Assembly (NCBI GenBank): GCA_951406725.2
Contig: OX597833.1
Coordinates: 66,898,001-66,962,000, forward strand
DNA length: 64,000 nt
Direction: 5' to 3'
Source of the DNA: Octopus vulgaris
Lineage: Eukaryota
Part shown: piece by piece, positions 54,420 through 64,000 of the stretch
Layout: each line of letters opens with the position of its first letter
Numbering within the stretch: the stretch's first letter is position 1
Notes under the pieces: model-generated
Database searches by the model: none
What the model was told of the DNA's origin: nothing
The model's input: the letters and a program-made list of their open reading frames with translations, nothing else
Position numbers and translations under genes: made by a program

Positions 54420-55537
54420 CACTCCTCTCCGATTTTTATGTGCGCATGTGCATTTATGCTTGTGTAAATCGCTCTCAATATCCTAAAAGTTATTTATGTC
54501 ACTATACGGAGATGATTCTGTCAAAAATACATTGTACTTTCCGCTCTAATGAGTAGAAACCGATTACAATAATTACTGCATAATACACTGAAGAGAAAGA
54601 GAAATAATCACGTGACGCCATTGCAAGCATTGCTGCGGCATGACCGCAATCCAGCATCTGACACTTGCAAAAATCTAACAAGCGCCATTGTCAATTTATA
54701 AGCTGACAATGAGATATTTTCAATGCTTATCTTCAAAAAGACTATCCAAACAATATTTATCCATGTTTGACAAGCAATGTTTAAACTCAACATTTTACGA
54801 AATCATTTTAAATATTTTCCTTCTTTTATCATTTTATTTTAAAAGATAGTCTCGCATTTAATGAGTTTCTCATATTTGTCAAGGCAATTATAATTGGTTG
54901 GTTTGTAGTTTTCAGATTGACAAACCTTCATTAGTAAAGGATTTATATTCGCTGTATATATATATATATGTCCATTTTGAAATGCTTTCCTGCTCAAAAT
55001 GTGTTTTTTTTTTCCTCCTCTTAAGTCGGTAGCATTACTTTGTAAATAAATTGTATTATGCAAATCTTATTTTCTGATGCTGGTTCAGATAAGCTGTATC
55101 TGATTTCAGTATATATTTTCTATTCCATGTTATTCTCGTCCTGTCATATAAAATGTAATAGTAGTAGTAGTAGTATTAGTAGTAGTAGTAGTATTAGTAG
55201 TAGTTGTTGTAGTAGTAGTAGTAGTAGTAGTTGTAGTTGTTGTTCTTGTTTTTGTTGGATTGGCGATGGTGCTGATGCTGAAGATAGTGTTAGATTGGCA
55301 TAACTCCATATAGCGCTGTACAGCAAAAGCCGGAGGTAATTCTTGGCATTCGTAGACGTTTTGCGTTCGTGCCTTGCTAGTGATCTTTTCTCTTTACCTA
55401 TCATCCTTCCGTTCAGGAGAAGTTAAAATAAAATACAGTAACCCCTAGCCACATCACGGTTTACTATTTAAGCTCACGTCCATTCCTCGGTGGTGTTCTT
55501 TGGTATTTATAATAAAATGCAAAATAATATGCAAATA

Positions 55538-55945
55538 TGCAGGAGTGGCTGTGTGGTAAGTAGCTTGCTTACCAACCACATGGTTCCGGGTTCAGTCCCA
55601 CTGCGTGGCACCTTGGGCAAGTGTCTTCTACTATAGCCTCGGGCCAACCAAAGCCTTGTGAATGGATTTGGTAGACAGAAACTGAAAGAAGCCCATCGTA
55701 TATATGTGTATATATATCTATATATATGCGTGTGTGTGTTTGTGTGTCTGTGTTTGTCCCCCTAGCATTGCTTGACAACCGATGCTGGTGTGTTTATGTC
55801 CCCGTTACTTAGCGGTTCGGCAAAATAAACCGATAGAATAAGTACTGGGCTTACAAAAGAATAAGTCCCGGGGTCGAGTTGCTCGATTAAAGGCGGTGCT
55901 CCAGCATGGCAGCAGTCAAATGACTGAAACAAGTAAAAGAGAGTA
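55538..55945 (+). mobile_element. SINE family A, full length
   Basis: A and B boxes, CORE-like segment, internal microsatellite, tail. Confidence 0.85.
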
Positions 55946-56033
55946 AATATGATCACGCAAGCAAATGAATATGCAAAATACATACATACATACATACATA
56001 CATACAGATGTACACACGTATATATATACAAGG

Positions 56034-57010
<977 letters not shown>

Positions 57011-57148
57011 ATATGAATATATGTATATGACGAATATATATATATATATATATATATATTTACACGAATATATATATATGTATATACAAATACTTATGAA
57101 TATATATATATATACGAATATATGTATATACATGTATATGGGCATGTA

Positions 57149-57179
<31 letters not shown>

Positions 57180-57180
57180 G

Positions 57181-57216
<36 letters not shown>

Positions 57217-58067
57217 TGTGTTTGTGTTTGTGTATACGTGTGTGTGTGTTTGTATATACTTAATATTATAAACATTGCAATTGAAACCTCGCCGAAAAAT
57301 TCCAGCTAGGTCGAAAACTGTCTTTTATTTCGTCTTTGTTGATTTTACTTCCCTATATAATAAAACACTACATTGATCGAAGTTTTGCAACTGGCTATTT
57401 TTGAGCATAAACGTACCAATAATTCCTTCTGGTCTGATCATAATGACACGAAATATCTGAATAGGTAGTAACGAAGGAGACGATTTAATATGAAAATCTG
57501 ACAATATTCCGTTATTGATAGCTTTAGATATATATCTGAAAGTAGATTTAGATATTTAACAAATGAAGTAACATTCAATAAGTGACCACTGAAACTTAAT
57601 CTAATGAAATATGGCTGTCAGCTCAGTCTTCGTTCGAGGAGTCAATTCGGATAACATGTGTACTTAACTGTTTCGTTCTGTGGCGAAATGAGATTTTGCT
57701 GGCGTCTTTGTAATCGCGTAAGGTTTAGCTGTCATATTGGAATTCAGATGAATTTGAAAAAGGCTGTCTTGACTTCATGCCCAGTTCAAGATGAAGGAAT
57801 CGGCTGAACATCTAAGATACGGATTTGGAGGGAATGGGATATTCTGTAATATAAATAACACGAAAGAGTCTCAACTATCGAAATATTGGAATTTTTACTT
57901 AGGTCAAATTTTTCGTATCCTTTACCAGTTTCAAAATACACATTTTCCCCCGCTACATAGACACACACACATACAAACACACACACACACAGATATAGAT
58001 ACATACATGAATACATACAACATACATTCATACTTCTACACACACACACGTATATATAGGTAGATAG

Positions 58068-58183
58068 ATTTCTTTATTAGTCACGCAGGGCTGAAAACAG
58101 AAGGGACAAAATACCAAGTAGGGCTTTTCTTTTTGGGGAAGAAGAGGAAAAAAAGGGGTAAAATTCCGATCAATAGGGATCAT
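58068..58183 (-). mobile_element. Tx1/L1-clade 3' tail among TAGA repeats
   Basis: Reverse complement of 'tgtcccttctgttttcagccctgcgtgactaataaagaaa'; tagataga on both flanks. Confidence 0.65.
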
Positions 58184-59531
58184 GTATATATATATATATT
58201 TAGATAGATAGTTAAACAAACAGACAGACACATCGATAGTTAGATAGATAGATAGACTCAAAAAGGAATAGGGATTCTAAATCCAGGCATATATCTTACA
58301 AGCATTCTGTTAAAATCCAAGTTCCTGGAGACTTCCATCCGTATATATGTGTGTGGGAGTTGGACTCTGGCGGTTGATGTAGAATGAATAATTCTGGCAT
58401 TTGAGCACAAATGCTTAGGAAGCTTACTACACATCCGTTAGCTCAAAACGAACAGCTTTTATAAGTCCACAAACACACTGGCAGGCAGGAATCACCCCCT
58501 TGAACAAGAAAAAAGATGAAAGATCGAATATTCTGCCACAACTTCCTGTCCAAAGCAATCCTTCAACGCACTGTGGATGGCGGATGAAAGAGAGGCAAAC
58601 AGAGAGAATCTGGTTTGCCAAACATAAATGACTGGACAGGTTACAGCACCGCGGCCTTGCTATTCATGATAGAGATCACAGCCCAGTAGCGTCAGCTGAC
58701 TGTAAAAGCATCTAGAACGTCACCCCAACGAATAGCTATATTAGTTAAGGGAACATCAGGGAATGAAATTATTATATGCTATTTTTCGTAGCTTTATCTA
58801 TTCGAGTTCCACCGTTAAAACAATTTATTTCACGTCTCTTGCAATTTCTAAATTGTTATGACTTGAAAAATCATAGTCAAAATTAAGGACCAGTCAAATA
58901 CTGTGAGGGTTGGCACCGACTAAAACTCTCCCCTAAATTTCAAGTCTTTTGTTTATTCTCGAGATAAAAGCAATGGTTTCGTGGAATAGTTAGAGTTCAG
59001 AAAAAATGCATTGCGATATTTGCTCTGTTCTTTTTTTTAAAAATATTTTTCTAAGTTCTGAGTTCGATTCCTACGGAAGTCACTCGTGATTTTTTTCTCT
59101 TTCCAGTGTCGATAAACCACTGAACATTGCTTTAAGAACAATAATTTGATGCACAGAAACCGAGACAACACACAATTGCAAAGGTTGGCATGCGTTGGCG
59201 ATTAGTAAATTATCACCATTGTGTATGATCTTGGGCGAAAATCTCTTTCACAATGTCCTCAAGTGAAGTAACATCCTCTAAGTGTAATTCGATAGACAGA
59301 AGCAACGAACATTATCATCATCAGTACCAACAACAAGAATACTTGCCAATAGTACTAGCAACCTCTAATCATTTATAGTCTGTCTTCATAACAGGATTAC
59401 ACTTTAATATGTGTTATCAATCCTGTTAAAATATTAGCTGATTATTTGACAAATCTGTAATTTTAAAATGTATTCTTTTCCTTTTCGTATTCATTTTTAA
59501 TACTTTATTTTCATCCTTGTGAAAATTCATC

Positions 59532-59532
<1 letters not shown>

Positions 59533-59616
<84 letters not shown>

Positions 59617-59627
59617 CATTATTATTA

Positions 59628-59701
<74 letters not shown>

Positions 59702-59745
59702 GTTATTGTTATTATTATTATTATCATTATTATTATTATTATTAT
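59533..59745. repeat. (ATT)n tract
   Basis: Direct inspection. Confidence 0.95.
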
Positions 59746-60056
59746 GTTTGCAGTTTCTTGTGTGAATTAGAATGAAATCTGAAATGTTACTAGGACGAAG
59801 TAATCTCCGTTTCAAACAATAGTGACCCTACACCAAATTCTAAACATTTGCTTAACACGGCTTTAATGCCGTTGCAGCGTCATCGAGTATTAGGCTATGT
59901 ATTTACTTTACTGTCCTTTCAAAGCCCATTGTTTTTTATATTTTTACTATTTTGTTATATTGTTATGATTGTTATAATTCTACTATAAACTGTTGCTACA
60001 AAAATGTAACCGTATCATATTTTGCTGAAAGATATAGAACAATATTAATACACACA

Positions 60057-60165
<109 letters not shown>

Positions 60166-60200
60166 CAAATATATTTACACAGACATATATATATACATAC

Positions 60201-60239
<39 letters not shown>

Positions 60240-60407
60240 TACACACACATAGATGTATATATTCAAGTCTTTTCGAAAACAATAAAAATCTAAGACGAAA
60301 ATAGGAGAAAAAAACAATAAAACAACACCAACGGCAATATCAATAATATTAAAATTATACTCTATATTATAAGGCTGCATCTTCAAAAATAATCCGAAGT
60401 AATTGAT

Positions 60408-60820
60408 ATCATGATGATGATGATGATGAGGATGATGATGATGATGATGATGATGATAAATGATGATGATGATGATGATGATGATAATGATGATAATGAT
60501 GATAATGATCTTCTTCCTCCTACTCATCATCATCCTCATAATCATCAGTATAATTATCTCCATTGTCGTCATCGTCAGCATTATCATCATCATCATCATC
60601 GTCACTACCGATCCCGCCTCTCGTCGTCATCATGGCCAACACGGGTAGCATGATAATGACGGTATTGATGATCATAATGATGATGATGATGGTGATGATG
60701 ATGATGATGATCATAATGATGATGATGATGGTGATGATGATGGTGATCGACATCATCACGATCACGATCACGATCATCAATCATCATCATCATCATCACC
60801 ACCATCATCATCACCATCAC

Positions 60821-60853
<33 letters not shown>

Positions 60854-60874
60854 TATCATCATCATCATCACCAC

Positions 60875-60924
<50 letters not shown>

Positions 60925-60970
60925 CCACCATCGTCATCACCACCATCATCATCATCATCATCTTCGTCGT
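60408..60970. repeat. (GAT)n/(CAT)n tract that switches strand three times
   Basis: GAT ~60411-60508, CAT ~60524-60632, GAT ~60650-60746, CAT ~60750-60962. Confidence 0.9.
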
Positions 60971-61899
60971 CGCCATCGTCACAGCCGCCGTTGTTGTCTG
61001 CGTCATATTCAGTCTGTCAAATTATCGAAGATGGCTGTGAAAACGAAATGTTACGGGTTGTAATATCAGAAACGCATTGTTGTTCTCCATTGGTTTCCTT
61101 TACTCGTAATAAAAAAAAAATACATGAAAATCCAAACAAAACAAAGCACAAGAACAACAAGAACAACAACAACAACACCAATAAGAGACATGATATTTCT
61201 TTTTTTAAAAAAAATGCGGGTTTTTATAAGTTTTCCGTTTGAAATAACCAACATTCATCACAGAAAGAAACAAACTCTCCCATACTCTAAAATATAACGA
61301 ACACATAGCAAAAAAAAAAAAAAAATCTCAAAAAGAACAAAAACATACAAACATTATAACACACTTTCAATGAACATTAGTAGGGAATTGTCCACGTCGC
61401 ATGACACTTGTCAAAAACGATATGAGATCTTCGATTGGCAAAAACAAAAATAAATGAAAAAATTTCCCTCGAGGTCAAATTTCCCCTTTCACTAATATTA
61501 GCATTGTTCTTCCTCCATTAGATTTCTTAATAATGGCGTACATTAGCTTTCAAATATTATTTTCGTATTATTTATTAATTTTCTTTGTAATTACTTTTGT
61601 GAACATTTTCTCAAAATTATATATTTTTTTTATCTTCGCTGTTTAGAAAATCATTTTCTGGTATTATAATTAATATATTACAAACTAGAAACTGTTCAGT
61701 AAATAAGTAAGTGGTAGAAATATTGCGGTTTTGCGTTTAAGTAAATTTTACTCGGCAGCCATGTTGTTTTGGATTCGGTCCCACTAACTCTTAGTCTTTT
61801 TGCCTTCTGTCATTGGTCTTGAGTTGACCTATGACTCATAGGTGAACATCTTTGGAAGAAAACTTGTCTGTGTGTCTCCGTTCCACTCACACATGCATA

Positions 61900-62289
61900 T
61901 CTATATATATAAAGCTGAAGTTGTCTGTGTATGGCAGGTTTGGTAGCCTTCAACTAACACTATCTCCTCGGCACAAGTTGACCAAAATTGAGAGTATGAT
62001 AGAAGAAGGCTTGCTCTTCCTTCCGTAGAAGAAAAAAAATTCAAATCGGACCATGTTAACACCAAAAATTATTTACATATAAAAGGTGTTTTTTTTTCTA
62101 TGAAAATCCCTGTTTTTTTTCGATTTTTTGACTGCTGTGTCGCCATTTTTCGTTGTATTTCAACAAGAAAAAATGTTCACTTAAAGAGAACAACAAGCTA
62201 CATAATGCAAAATCTTTATTTTTCAAATATTCCAATTTTAAAGGGTCGAAAAGAAAACAAGCCCGAGTAACGCTGGACTATATTGCTAG
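61900..62289 (+). mobile_element. Non-autonomous Helitron (~390 bp)
   Basis: 5' TCTATATATATAAAG after an A; 3' imperfect GC-rich hairpin gcccgagtaacgctggac followed by CTAG|T; no TSD. Confidence 0.75.
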
Positions 62290-62784
62290 TATTCAAATAA
62301 ACATGATGGCTGCCATTCGATTTCCAACAGTAACATCGTCACATTACTCTCCTAAACATGCCAGGCAACGCTGAGGCTACTCAATTCTGCTACGGATCGA
62401 CAATATTTTTCACAGATGTGGCAACCATCGGGTGTTCTTGCAAAACATATTACAATATTGCTTTGGTGAAACTTCATAGGACGTTTCAGCTGGCACCTGT
62501 AGTACATTCTTTTCCAAACTCTCTGCAAGTAAATATCCTTTCTACTATAGGAAAAAAGGCCTGAAATTTAGGGAGGAGATGGGGCTAGTCGATTACATAG
62601 ACCCCAGTGTTTAACTGGTACTTTCCCGTTAGACATATATATATCTTCAATGATTAACGAGCAAAGATGTTGTGACGACTGCTGACAAGAAACTCCCAAC
62701 AAGTAGCCAACTGAATTGAGCTGGAGGGTACTTTATTCGTGGCGTGTCATTGTAGCATTCAATAAAGCCACAGATTTTAGAGTT

Positions 62785-62870
62785 GTCGGATTTTCGTGAT
62801 TCCGGATTTTCGAGTTTCCGGATTTGGGAATTTCCTGATTTTAAAGAATTCGGATTATGGAATTTCAGAA
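62785..62870. repeat. Degenerate ~15-bp tandem repeat (ttcggatttt..), transposon-subterminal-like
   Basis: tcggattttcgtgat / tccggattttcgagt / ttccggatttgggaa / ttcctgattttaaag / ttcggattatggaat. Confidence 0.6.
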
Positions 62871-63145
62871 TAAAGGCTGTTTAACTAGTACGACATTAAT
62901 TAAAGCCCAAGGGAACGCAGATTTAATTCTTTTCCGTATTATCGTACAGGATTCAGTCGTAGGATTCGTGTTGACGCATTGTAATGAGTTAAGCAATTTT
63001 AATTACGTTTTACCCGTCGTGAGTGCAAAAACACTTTTTTCGCTCAATGATTAATTACCTTAACGAAAAGAAATGCAATAGATACAAAATTCAGAGTTTA
63101 AATTAATTAAAATTGATTAAAAATAGTATCCAGTGGATGTAACTC

Positions 63146-63175
63146 TTATTTTATTATTATTATTATTATTATTAC

Positions 63176-63232
<57 letters not shown>

Positions 63233-63284
63233 TATTATAATTATTACTATTATTATTATTATTATTATTATTATTATCATTATT

Positions 63285-63349
<65 letters not shown>

Positions 63350-63396
63350 TATTATTATTATTGTTGTTGTTGTTGTTATTATTGTTATTATTATTA

Positions 63397-63463
<67 letters not shown>

Positions 63464-63608
63464 CATCATCATCATCATTATTATTATTATTATTATTATT
63501 ACTATTGTTAATATATTATTATTATTATTATTGTTGTTGTTGTTGTTGTTATTTTTATTAATATTATAAAGGAAATCATTATTAAGTAGTAGTAGTAGTA
63601 GTAGTAGC

Positions 63609-63654
<46 letters not shown>

Positions 63655-63655
63655 T
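63146..63655. repeat. Compound (ATT)/(CAT)/(GTT)/(AGT)n tract
   Basis: Direct inspection. Confidence 0.95.
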
Positions 63656-64000
63656 ATAAAACAAACTTCGTTTTGATTCCCCTTCAAGGCAGATTATATT
63701 TCATGCATTACAGGTCAAGAATTCCTCTGCAGTATTTCTCAAGAATGACCGACAGATGCCCAAAGGTGACCTATCCTCTACATCCCGGGATAAACAAGAG
63801 AAAAAACGGTTCTTTTTAATTAAATTAATCAAATTTTCGCAATTATATTTACTTGCGTAAAATATTCGTATTCCAAATAGTTGCGGCACATGACACAACT
63901 GTGTCACACGACTCAGCTCCCTAATACTTCAGAAAAACCTAGCAAAGTCAACACGTACTGTGTGGTAAGTAGTTTGCTTAGCAACCACATGGTCCGGGTT

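Noticed and set aside
60411-61063. Poly-His/poly-Met ORFs
   Set aside because: Microsatellite artefacts of (CAT)/(GAT)n.

Overview
AT-rich, extremely microsatellite-rich eukaryotic DNA. The tRNA-headed SINE families resemble those of octopus/cephalopods, which is an inference. I see no convincing host protein-coding exon: almost all ORFs in the track are translations of (TA)n/(CA)n/(GAT)n repeats or of SINE bodies. The window is a mosaic of three or four SINE families, decayed R4/Dong, CR1, RTE and Tx1/L1-clade LINE ends, a hAT MITE and a Helitron. Two systems stand out. (1) A 2.24-kb ORF1-only (HAL1-like) retroelement at 38871-41114 encodes an RRM + CCHC gag-like protein but no RT or endonuclease. 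It sits in a SINE tRNA head with a perfect 17-bp TSD. It shares a 3' stem-loop tail with a Tx1-like LINE that repeatedly lies in (CTAT)n microsatellites and with a SINE family. (2) About seven distinct families of small non-coding elements carry type I hammerhead-ribozyme folds and mostly sit inside (TA)n/(CA)n tracts. One is a 588-nt circularly permuted retrozyme/Penelope-pLTR-like unit with an intact core (56344-57010). All family assignments are from motif recognition by eye; no database search was possible.
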